The position numbers were made by a program, and so were the translations under genes. A stretch of 64,000 nucleotides of DNA from Lingula anatina (Eukaryota; Animalia; Brachiopoda), in contig CM120640.1 of the NCBI GenBank assembly GCA_051362555.1, forward strand, positions 5,828,001 to 5,892,000, written 5' to 3'. This document shows, piece after piece, positions 51,701 through 64,000 of the stretch (position 1 is its first letter; every line of letters starts with the position of its first letter). The notes below the pieces were generated by a model. The model saw only the letters and a program-made list of their open reading frames with translations, did no database searches and had not been told where the DNA came from.

Positions 51701-54700
51701 GGTTGTAAGTCAAACAGGTAGGGCTATCATTTTACCACAAGGAAAATAACAATTGTCGTTTTTTGTTTGTTTGCATTGATATATCTGTATTTTATTTATT
51801 TGTCAGATTGTCGGTGCTTCGTAAAATGAGCGAATTTTAGATGAATTCGAAACCAGAGAGGCTTGCCTGACCTTTGAATTTCGCTGTGCTTAATCAGATC
51901 ATCGGATCTAACTAATGTCATTACGGCGTATTTGACTAATCCTTGATTTAACTTACTGTACTCGGGCGCATTAAACTAGAAATTGTTTAGACGCGATTAA
52001 CATTACATCAAATAAGGTACTCTAGGGTTCTATATGAGAAAACGGTGCCCTGTCAGTTTTAATATCTACCTTTTAAGACACCTTTAATCTTTTTCATTTA
52101 ATTATTTTACAATGACTGTGACCAAACTACTACAGTATACATACAGTATATGACATGAACAATAGAATGATCCGTTTAAGCATTACGTACTTACAAGTAG
52201 AGTATATACAATGTATATTTTCTCCACGGAAGTTAGACATTGAAAATAGGAAAGAGAAAACTTGAATAAATCTGATATCAAGACAAACTTGGCAGATGTC
52301 CCTCTATAAAGCTAGATTGTGCGATATTATTGTGCAACGCCGTCTGCCTTGAGCGGTTTTGAAATATTTAATTGTTCTATTGCTTATGTAGTTACGTTGA
52401 AATATTAGAAGATCGTATGAGATAGCGGCTCGAATGCTGTTACAGGAGCGTTAAGTCTCAATTTTACAATGCCATTAAGATTTTATCATAAATATAGTTG
52501 AATTTATTAGGAGGAAGGCGGTCATGCATGGGCAGTAAGTACATTTTCTATGTACAGATATGGAGGCAAACGGTGTGCGCTAAATGCGACTTTGAAGAAT
52601 ATGTAACCATTAAGGTCAAAAATGAAATAACAAGAGACTTAAGAGTCAACCTAAAATTAAAATAAGGGTTTGCCCAACGGTCTGTTGCTGATGCTGCCAC
52701 TTTATTCTGCCTATCACCCATATTCATGGCACCATCGTTCCTTTGGCCGTCTTTGATAAATTCATTATCTTAGGCTGTATAGAGACAGTAGGGCTACTGG
52801 TCTTTACACACGGCTGAATTTTTATATAACTTTTATACATTTAGGCCATATCTTGATTTAGATTAAGATGTATGTGCCTTTGACTGTTTATCTTTCTATT
52901 TCCTATAGTTAAAAAATTCCCGAGAGTTAGTACATGCAGCAGACTGAGCTAGGATTAATAGGATATAGGGATCACCTGATCTCGGGCCTGTGTGTATCTA
53001 CATAAAAGGTGTTTTCAGATTTTGATACACGTACCCTATCTCACACTGATTACATGCAACTGTATATATAGATTGAAGTTTTCAAGTTCAGTTTTTGTCA
53101 ACTATTATTTTGAAGTTTTATTCCTTGACTGAACTTTAACCAGCTCATAAACCTGTCGATTATACGCTTCAATGGAGTTAGTTGACAAATCCCTAGAGCC
53201 GGATGCTTGTTATTTGAAGCTTGGACCCATGGAACAACATGGGTTCTAGTTCGAAGAAAAAAAACCTTTATTGACAACGAAATACCATATAAAATTTTAA
53301 TCTCATGTAAGTCTGAATCTTAATTTAATATCAGCTTAAAAGATTAAGTAGCGAGGAAGTAATGTGTTTCAGAAACCGATTTTTAATTCGGTCATAGAGT
53401 CGTGTGTTTTCAGTTTTAGTTTCGAGCATACTTTCAAAAAATAGCTCTTTAGTTACAGGGTATGTTTTGTCTTTTGGCTAAATGATCCCGAAAGTGATGC
53501 CATGTGTCAACTTAGAACAGACAGTGCAAAAACTACAATGGCACCCAAACGGCACATGAGTGTTTTAACAGATTTGTAAAGGGTTGCGGTGTCCACAAGG
53601 AACTGATGCAAAACGTATTGTTCAAAACAACACTTGTAAAAAGCCATCAGGCCGAAGAGTCTCTTTCTTTTCTAACATCTGTTTAAGCTTAAACCGAGCG
53701 CTTTACATGAAATGTGAACAAAAACCTAATATTTTTTTCACAATACAATTAAAGTAGAAAGAAAGTAATAGGCGAGGGGAGGAATGCGATCTTTCCCCGT
53801 TCTTGTATGCTTTGCACATTCCTTAACAACAACCGTGGAAACATTAATGGGACTCAACAAACAGGTGTGCTCGTCAAATTGACAAACTTGAATTTACCTC
53901 CGTTATATCATCGGAAAGCTAAATCACGCTTTTATCTGATGAGGGCTGCTCGAGAGTTCGGGGTTTAGTGGCAGATGACCATTGGACCAAACGATCGTGC
54001 GACAGATGACCAGACACGGGATTTATCAGGCGAGGAATGGTGAGATAAAAGCAGTTACATGACCGTGTTGATAAAGCAATATATTTTAAAGTAGAGCTTT
54101 CTCAGAGATGTATGGGGACCGACAGAACCACATCATAAGGGATAGGAAAAAATTATCCTGCACATGCTATCTAGTCCCGGTGCTGTGACAAGCGCGTAGA
54201 GCACTGCATTGTCGCAAGGTTCTTTGACAGTTCAACCATGTTAACCTAAGTCAATTACACTGTAATGTTATATACTTGTACTTTGCTGGTTTGTCTCTGC
54301 GTTCTTTCAAGCTTGATTTAGACGCAATAGAAAATAGTTGCGGTGACTTGTAGCAAATAAATATATGTGCTCGAAATTATAGATTAGATACATTATAATT
54401 TGAAAAGCAAAGAAAGAAGGAAAATGAAAAACAGTCAGCAGTCGGTCATGCAAAAGATAAGGGATTGTCGTTTGAGGTTTGGCCAGATGAAAGATAATTG
54501 TTCATTTTCTAGGCAAATTCCATTGATTCTTGTGCAAGAATAAGAACGAAAAATAAATAAGTTTGAGGATAGTTGTAAGGTGTGGTGCACACGATGACCA
54601 CTGTGTGTCTTTTCTGCAGGACTTTTCCATCTCTCAAACAGCAGACGACCGCTACATGAGGCAGGTGCGCACGCGACGACAAAAGCTGCCTTTGTCAACG

Positions 54701-57700
54701 AAATGACAAAATGACAAATGGTACATCTAAGAATCCTGCGTTTGCCACCAGTAATTGATACCATAATTTAATTCCATCCTTAACTTCAGCTTTCAAAAAA
54801 AGATTTGCCATAATCCAAGTTTCATTATTCATTTTATTATTTTTTCTTATTTACAATCCAATTTGTTATATTTTTTTATTATGATTTAATTCAACCCTAT
54901 CTAGGAGGAAGAGGCTATTTCGATGAAAATTATGCGGGTATCCTTTGTTCTTTATTTATAGACTTAATTTTCTTGTTTTCTGTCCTCCCGCCCTGTATGG
55001 CAATTACTTACAAACTGCCATCAGATTTTTCAACAGACGGGCGTGTAAATATTGAGACTGATTTTGATCAACGAGGATTTCAACCGAGGCCCAGTTTATA
55101 AAAAACCGTTTCCCTGAAAATCGTTTGCTGTGTGTTGTTTATGTGGCACTGAATGTGGATTTGATGGTTTCTGTGGGATATCATCCAGAAGAATCTAATT
55201 TCGGAGAAATGATCGGGTCGAAGTTTGTGATCGATCGGGATTGGAGATGCCCGAGTAAGATTTTGGACCGTAATCGCCCACGAATAAGTTTACAATTGAT
55301 CAGAGCGATACCAAGTACATTCCAAGCACAGTTCATAACAAGTTTACTAAGACAGTATGAGCGTCCATTATTATATTATTGAATTTCAAATAATCAGTGT
55401 GTTTGTAGATTGGGTGACCGTTAAAATGTGATGGACGCAGGGATATAGAACGCTGATCTTTAGAGGGCCTATGCAATTCTTGTTAAACTACACCACATTT
55501 ACTCGCAAACGTTGACTTGGGATATCACAAAAATGCCCCTATATTTGTAAAGAAAATAGTGGGCTCATCACACTTTAGCTCTGCCGTGACTTGCACTCTT
55601 GATGAAACAGAGCAATGAATTCCTCTCGTCTCTGTGGACAGCGCTCCGTTACCGTTCTCCTCCCATAAGACAAGTGCCCTACCACACGAGGATTCACGGA
55701 CAGATGGTCCTTCAATATTCCCTTATTAGATTTTTGCCACAGCCAGCATCTTATTTCAAAATACATATGCTACGCTGCTTCAGTGAATGATTGGCACAAA
55801 AATCTTGTTGATATCTTCAAGATAGCGTTTCCTCCTCTATCTGAAGACGCAATGGTATCCTTTAATGTAAATTCTGTGTAGGAGCGATGTTGGTATTGAT
55901 AATAATGGGCGAGAAATAACGTTGGTTTTCGATGTGGCTTGTTAGATAAGTATCATTCAGATGACAAGATCTGTAGATGGTAAAAATTGTTTTATGAAAG
56001 TAATGAGAAATAGATGATATCAGTCACCCCCATCACACCTCCTTATAGGGTTCGTCTACAACAGTGAAGTATTCATACTGTTTTAAAAGCAATATCTGAA
56101 TATTTAAATATTCATGTGTTCGTATTTTTCGTATCTACACTCGATGCAATGTTAACATTCCGGAGCACTCGGATGACCGCCCTGATTTATAGCCTTGATA
56201 CAGGACCCGTAATGGCAGGTATGAAATGATAAAAGGTGACGAGGTGAACGAGACAGAGTTGGAAGATAATGAAAATACAGGTGCTTGTGTGAGTAAATGG
56301 GAAGTGTTTGACACCCGCGGTTTACCTTAGTGTGAGTGTTTTACTAGATGCAATCATGCGAGCAGATAGACGGGGAGGCTTTAAGTATGTACCGTGTCAT
56401 CATTTCCAGTCGCTGTTAACCAGCAAAGCTACTCATACGGTTGATATTCGTACATTGAAGCGATTGTCGCACCTGTGTTGGTTGGGCGTGGATTTGTATT
56501 CGATAGGCTTGTCATTGGAGGGTTTGGCAAGTATGCCACAAGTCAGGCGTTAACCTTTAAAAAAATCACAGACGAAACGTAAACATTGCTTTTGAAATAA
56601 AATGAAGTCATGCAGAATTATCCAGAATTTCTTTTTCAACAGCCTCTTTATTATAAAATGTCGAAACAGTAACAACCGATGGTAAGAATTTTCTAATGAT
56701 AAAATTGCATCCGTGCCATAGGCTAGCGTCAAGATAACAAACGGATGGCATCTAGAAACTTAAGACATAACGTGTTGAAGAATATAGCCCCGAGGATAGA
56801 TCTAAATTGTAAAAAAACCGCATCCGACATCCAGAACAACACCAATATAAGGTAACCTGACGCATTTTGACATTTCCGCATGTAAATCGGAGACAAAGTG
56901 CACACAGTGAGGAGGATAGCCCGCCATTGTCATTGAAACAGACGACCTTTGCGCGGGTCGTCAAGCATAGCGCGGGGTGATCGATGGTGGAGAGGTTCAG
57001 GTTGCAAACACCGTCATTTCCACTACTTGCTACATTAAATAATGTCCATGATGCCTCATCGGATTCCCGTAAACCCGACCGCACTTTTTAAGACGAACAA
57101 TCGCAACAATGTCTTCCTCCGCCCGTGAAGTTGTTGAATAGTTAGGAGATATGGAAAAATAACATTTTAGTTTACATTAGCTGGCTTCATCAGTCACCTA
57201 GATCGGGGGATAGGATACCCTGGAGATCAATTTTATAATAGGATGTAGCTGTAGACATACTGATATACTTTGCGGAATGAAAATGGTGCATTAAATACAC
57301 AATGTTTGCCTAAGTGCATTTTATATTGGTAGATTGTATACTGTTGAACACTGATAATATCCCTTTACAGCGCAAAAACAGCAAACAACGTCAATATTAT
57401 TACTCAGCAGTTTCTTTTTTCCCCAGTAGATAACACTGGAAGCACGTTAGATTAACTAAACTTGGTATGCGAAAGTACTCGGTTTGAATCCAACATTGAG
57501 ATTCTTAGTGAGTATTGCTGTCTGCCTGGCCATCATCTTAGTATTGACCGATGGTCAGTTTGATCGGTGCTTGGTGCGGCTGGTCACTGTAGTATTCATG
57601 ACCGCGGTCCTAATGCACGTTACGTGTCGTTCTTTGCCCTGCAATATCTGTGGTGTATAGATATGGTAACTGCAGCTGGTATTAAAGTGGGGGGTTCTTT

Positions 57701-60700
57701 ATTGATGGTGAAAATGGTGAAGTAAATGCTATTATCATGTTTCAAAACTGGCAGCGCATTGAGTTGGTCAACGTTTAATCCGGTTTGATCCAATTCGAAT
57801 GACATGTGGGTGTACACCGTGATGGAATAAAACCAACAACTTCACCTGCGTCTCTAATGACAAACCGCATCAACTGTCCGGCTATGGCTGATATAAAGAG
57901 AAGGGAAGTTAGGCGAAGCATGAGAGGACGATAAAAGTCACTTTGTTCCGCATAAAATGCCAAATGGCATTCTGCATAGTGTCAGTGGGGCTGAAGGGAT
58001 GAAATTAATTTCATTGCTTGTTGATTTCGTGTCGTCCGTCTCTCTCTCTCTCCATCCTTCCTTCCCTCCCTCCCTCACTTTCCCTCTCTCAGGTACTGTA
58101 ATACTCTGCCAAGGCGTCAATACACCCAGATGTCCAGTACCAGTAGCCAACAGTTATGTTTGGCCAGTAGCTAATAAGCCTTGCGGGCCTCTGTCACATA
58201 TCCCATATTTCAACAGTAATGTTACCCATCCTCTTTTGTCACCATGCAGGTGCGCGCATTAGGTACAATGCTTGGTAGTTGTACATGTGTTCAATGAATA
58301 GATTAATCAACATTGGTCCTGATTTAGGGACACAAATATAAAGAAACTAATGATATTGATTATAAACGTCAATGTAGCAGAGATGTCATCTTTATAAACA
58401 ACCAAGACTTGTATTTTATTCACATATTTTAATGCAATTATCAAGCACGGTGTAACGTTGTTGTAGGCCCACATATATTTCGAATTTTTGCGTATCAGTA
58501 GGTGCTTGTTAACCTACGCTTGTATAACTCTTTGCCTTGAGCTAAAAGAGATGTTAAAATTTTCATTAAAAAACCGTAGGTGTTGTCACTCTGTAAGAAC
58601 GGCAAGGCTGACAGGGAGGGATGAGGATACGTAAGACCAATGAGGATTTTCTGAAATAAAGCTCACGCTTTTGGAAAATATCTTCATCGTCTGTAAATGG
58701 TTCTGGCGACAAAGATATGCCTTCCTGTAGACTAAAAGATCCATATTTACATCGTACATCATAGAAAATAACCCTCTAATATTCAATGGGTTGGAACTAA
58801 CGACCTCCGACTTTTCTTCTTAAAGGCCACAGCTGGCTTGAAAAATAGAATGTCTTTTTCAGAAGTGTTTATTGGATTGTTAATAAGGCCATAAACAAGC
58901 TCGAGTTCCATTGAGCTTGTCAAGTATAGCGAGTTGAAAATCTCGTTGTTAGAGGGCGAGGTAATATGGACTTGGGCCAAATGATGACACCAATCATTGT
59001 CTGGAAATAGCAAACAGTGGGTTATTTCGGTTGAAGTTATAAGCTTAAGAACTGCAAAATAATGACGGATTTCCTTTGACAGTTTGAGCCTACGAGTCCT
59101 CGTGAAACTTTAAAGAGACTCGAGAGGTAATGAGACACTTTTTGTAACATCTGGATGACCTCGTGTAGGTGAAATGATTCACCCACGTGAAAGGCTATGG
59201 CGGGTGATCGGGATTTACCCCCTTGTTGTCCCTCTTGCTCGGGACTGTTCTCCGTTCAACAGGCTAGAATGTCTTTTAAATGTCTTTATGATTATTACTA
59301 TAGGCTTTCTATGTGACAACTTGGATGTCCCTAGGCAATTGTTTGTATTGAACGGCACAACAAACACCAAGCAGTGTCATTTCCTCATTTTCTTGTATTT
59401 GACCCCAGGGGCACTGGTTGTATTACGTTAACAGTGTAATCAAAGAAGGTTATTTTCCCCAAAATTAGTCACAGGTGAACATAGTATGTTTAGAATGCAA
59501 GGAAGCGAAAATCTCGGCACACGGTTGGTATAAATTTACAGATTTGGATATCAACATCCTTATCCTAGCAGAGAAACTTGCATGATAATGACCATTAAGG
59601 GATGAACTTAAATTCCAAAGAATGTACAAAATCTCCTTGTGTGACCTTAGCTCGGCGTGTGTGACTGTTTCAGGTGACAGTCAAGACATGTTCGCTGTGC
59701 GATATTTGCCGCCGCCTTTCTCGTCAATCTGAGGCCCTCATTACGCAACATTTTGACAGATAATCTTTAAAATGAATCACCAATACTGTGGCTAATGCAG
59801 TTACTGCTTTAGACTCTCTGAAGTTAACCAGCATTGACTGTTCGGTTTCTCTGTAATAACATTGTGATATGGCTAATATACCATGCTGGGAATTGGCCGC
59901 CATCACGCTTTTTTCATTCCTCGATGAGTTTTTCCAGAGTTCTGAAAATTACTGTTGCCGGGAATTAACAGGCCAAAGTACTGACTTCAAGCTCCCTGAG
60001 TCATCTACCCGTAAGCTTATTTCTGAATTTAATGCAAACGACAATTCGTGCATATTTGATAGTATGCGCACTGACAAATTGAATTGTTTATGTTAGGGCA
60101 ATCAGACATAAAGTAGATTTGCTATAGGAAAGGGAAAAGCTGCTGTTGATTACCGTGCAAATTGCCGCAGAGAATTAACGAGCACATTTCTTGAATCGGA
60201 AGAAATGGTTCCCAGGCTTTATTTGCCAGAAGTCCAAAATGACCAAAAATGAATATGCAGAGATTTAGCCAAATTCAATTGCAGAGTCATTCTGTTTTTA
60301 TTAAATACTTTCTGGTGTTTTCATATCCTTTTGTTAATACCACTTTGGCATTGGCGTTTGAACACGGTTCGAGCAAAGTGTCCATTGTTACAATTTGGAA
60401 ACTGTGAGAGCGAAGATGTCTACAGCCGAGAGGATGAGATTCTCGCATGATCACGAGTGCTTAGGTATTCAACCAGATCATGATCAATCATCTGAAGAAA
60501 AAATACCCTTTTGTCATCTTGAAAGACGAGTCGTGTGTCGACTTGATTGATGTTCCAGCAGAACATGAGTAGTCGCATCCCTTTATTCAAAGTGCTTGAG
60601 AAAAGTGAGTCTCCTTGATGGTTTTAATAATAAGGTGACCACCATCTTTCTAGAAAGTAAGGTGCAATTTGTATAGAGAGCTGATAGTTTCATAGTAAAG

Positions 60701-63700
60701 GTCTAAATGTCAAATGATTGGATGGAGACGTTTGTTTCTCTTGCTATTTAATCAACCAATCAGCACGTTACTGGTCCATTTTATGAAAATTCTATAAATG
60801 CATTGAAAACACGGTAGTTTGTTTATGAAGATTCCGAGCAACGATCTTATTTGCAAGATACCTTATGAAAACAGAACTTATATCATGTTTTTTAACAGTT
60901 TTGCGTTTTCAATAAGTTTGTGTTGGGTGTACATTAATATATAACTAAAATAACACACCAGACACATTTTCATGACTACCATTTTGTAGCTTTGTGACAT
61001 TTTTAGTGCTGTGACCTTCCGCCAATAGTGGCAATATAATAAAAACAGGTATTTGGTGTTCATTCATTGTCTTCGATTAGATTTCCTACACGTAACGTTC
61101 TGCTTGAAGAAAGGGTTTTGGCTCCATGAACCCTGTCCTCACTTTGGAGCCAACGGCAAATCGCCACTGGCAAACCTAGTTTCAGGAATATTTTGGGGAA
61201 CATTTAGATTTTTATTCCGTCAAGAGTAGGCAACCGACCTTCGTGTATCTTCCATTCAGATGTAATACAAACGAAAAAGTACAATAGCAGTTAAACCACA
61301 ACGTTATTTTCTGTGCAAATAAAACATGTTCAATTACGGTAATTTCACAAGAGCCCCTGACGCGAGGGACACTTTATCTGCACGCGACACTATGGACGTA
61401 ATTGGGTTCCCACTAGATAGTGGAAGTCTAGGCGATTAGATGATTAATAGTGCTGCCGTCCAAGTGCCGTTGTAACAATAGAAAGTTATGGATATAACAG
61501 ATGTAGAAATAGATCGAAGTGAATATGCGTGTCGCAGGATTTGATTGTTTGTTTTGCACTATGTCCATTTATCACGGCATATTTTGTAAACATTGACATC
61601 TTTATTGGATGGAAGCAACTGAAGCGGATTTGCAACAAAGATTTCCTTTCAATTTTACAATAATCTTTGTTGGTACGAGAGTTCTGATTGTCTTATGTGT
61701 TCAATATTCAATGGCGATGACACGCAATTTCCCATGACCTTTGGGTCTTGCAATTTCCATTCGCCCTATATTCCCTCTCCTAAGTTAAGCGTGCCAGAAA
61801 TAATGACATTGAGTGGCCAGATACAATGCTCAAACTCCAAGTTAATTTATTGAGATGTGTTGCCGTTGAAATCTCTAATGATTATGACTAGACCATCTAT
61901 CTCTTCATCTATCTATAATTGAGGGCTTCAAGATGAGTCACGACCGACAGAGTTCTGATAACATTGGTAGATTAGTTTATTGCTGTTTTTGTTGTTGTAT
62001 AGACAGTAAGTGCTTTAAAGCCACTCCAGTCCGACACGGTATTTAAAAAGGACGATCACAAGATCGATGTTGTAATATAAAAAGAAAGTCAATTGAGCTT
62101 GTGAAATGCAGCGGCTTAAATGCCTATAAGGGAATCTGGGAGTTTGGTGATAAAACTTCAAAACCAAACGTTTGCCTTTGAAACACGTGGACCTTGGGGC
62201 GTGTTGACTAGCTGTAGGCTTGGTAAGTTATCATGCTCTGGTTGCTTGTTAATTTTTTTACCGTAAACCTGCTCGGTAATTGAAACTTTTATCATGTGAT
62301 AATGTTTGCTGATCTAGGGCCAATTTTATTACATTAACGGAGAAATGAATTTACCATTGCACCGTTCTGTCGTCTCTCCCTCCTTGCCTGGTGTATGTTC
62401 AAACATATAATTCAATGGCGTACCATTAAATCAAACCGTACACATAATTATTCTTATGGCCAACCTGTGAGAAGACATAAAAAGCTATTTTGATGTCACT
62501 TTTACGAGTGTCTACATGCTTAAGCTGGAGTCCCGAAGGCAATCTTTACCGCTATGTTTACGTGTTCCCAGCCTAAATGAGGGATGTTCACATTGTCAGA
62601 TGAATATTATGTGCTGTTTTAGTGCTGTGTTTTAGCCAACCCTGATACAGGCTGTATAGATATCAATAAAAAAACAAGGTAATTCATGTGGCGCTACGGG
62701 AAGCCAACCCTCAGCAGAGAACGAAAGAAACATAATTGCTCAGCTACCTATCCAAGAAATTAGCTATCGGATCATAGTTTTAAGTGTTTGTATACTGCAA
62801 TACATTCACACGCACGTGTTATAACTCAGTGTTTGTAAACTCCCGTAAGGGACTCGATTATACATTGGCACTACCTTGTTATCTCCATAAAATGGCGTCT
62901 GGCAAGATATGAGTGTCATCCGAACGTCCAAAGAGCGTAAGTTTGCCCCATGCAAACAAAAACGTCGACTATGCTTAGGAGTAACACAAATAAAGACGAG
63001 TTCTCGAAGTGTAAAGTCATCTAATAACAGACCCCAATTAAGCAATAGATATACTCAGCATCGCGCTTGAATGAGGTTGTTTCGCACGAAGTCAACATAA
63101 ACCTTAATCCATTGCAAATATTACAGACACTCGCCCCTTCAACATGGTGATTGCTGTATCAAAGAAGGGTTTGTCGTCCCAGTGGAAAATTAACGTCGGC
63201 AAATATGGACATACCATATAGTAGCTGCTATGTAAATTTGAACAAGCGTTTTGAACACAATTAGAATCATTTCAGAATCTTTTTGTGGCTTAAAGCTATG
63301 TCTTTTCAGGAAATAATGAAGAAATTCCATAAGAACAAGGATCATAAAAAACGATTTACATGTAACGTCTTCCGATAACAGCAGATTTTCGCGCAACTTT
63401 TACGATAGATTAAAGAATAATTACAAAAGTTTGTGTTGACTGTGTTCCGAAGAGACCACGTTTTTCGTGTACGTTGAGAGTTCAGTGATTTGAATACCTC
63501 ACCCTGCGTGGCCCTTTGATCCTGAACATAAAATCTGATATGAAGTATGTGTGGGGACATCTATATATAATGAAACTTACATTAACGCAGGTTTTGAGAC
63601 CAACGGGTTATTAACCCCCTGCAAATTAACGAACGACCAATTACATACCTCGTAAATAGCCCGTTTCCTAGGAAACACGTCGTAATGGACGATTTTGGAG

Positions 63701-63914
63701 AGTCCGGAGACAGTTAGCAATGTGTGTACAGCGTGTGCAACGCCATAATTTTACTATTCTAGGAAATCAGCCAGGAAGATAATTGCTTTTATATTTCGTT
63801 TGAAGTCCAGTTTCAGTGTCAAATGCATATGGTCTTTATAGATATTTTACTTATCTCTTTTCAGAAATCTAGTGTGAATCTACAGAGACAGCACGACAGA
63901 CGTCGAGAATAAAA

Positions 63915-64000
63915 ATGGCAACCATGAGGACTTTAACTGTCTGGTTCCAATTATTCATCCTCCCTGTGACCGTGTATGGAGTTTGCAATTTCCCAGATTT
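63915..64000 (+). CDS. Gene C: start of a secreted or membrane protein (signal peptide), truncated by the window end
   Basis: Acceptor ttatctcttttcag| ending at 63864, then aaaATGg at 63915. Translation MATMRTLTVWFQLFILPVTVYG-VCNFPD shows a basic n-region, hydrophobic h-region and a V-x-G cleavage motif; open to the window end. Confidence 0.7.
   Translation, partial: MATMRTLTVWFQLFILPVTVYGVCNFPD

Noticed and set aside
56097-56114. Perfect 18-bp palindrome tgaatatttaaatattca
   Set aside because: It is AT-rich and isolated, with no supporting context.

Overview
This is eukaryotic genomic DNA, AT-rich, with GT-AG introns and microsatellites; an invertebrate animal is inferred from gene content. 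It is not prokaryotic, and I found no operons, CRISPR arrays, rRNA or tRNA. Splice sites and reading phases, checked by hand, join the large ORFs into two head-to-tail + strand genes with very large exons. Gene A (8 coding exons, 1485-23067, about 4,321 aa) has a putative ubiquitin-like N-terminus, many dispersed ankyrin-repeat blocks, a Cys-rich insert, a region of repeated alpha/beta modules with a PH-like insert, and a filamin-type Ig repeat. Gene B (3 coding exons, 26527-34838, about 2,595 aa) has an N-myristoylation motif, about 870 aa of acidic disordered sequence with internal duplications, about 45 LRRs, a Roc-COR module with a destroyed P-loop (pseudo-GTPase) and a C-terminal death domain. 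Intron 1 of gene A (7.4 kb) is packed with non-autonomous DNA transposons. The stretch from about 35 to 63.8 kb is non-coding. A third gene with a signal peptide begins at 63915 and runs off the window.
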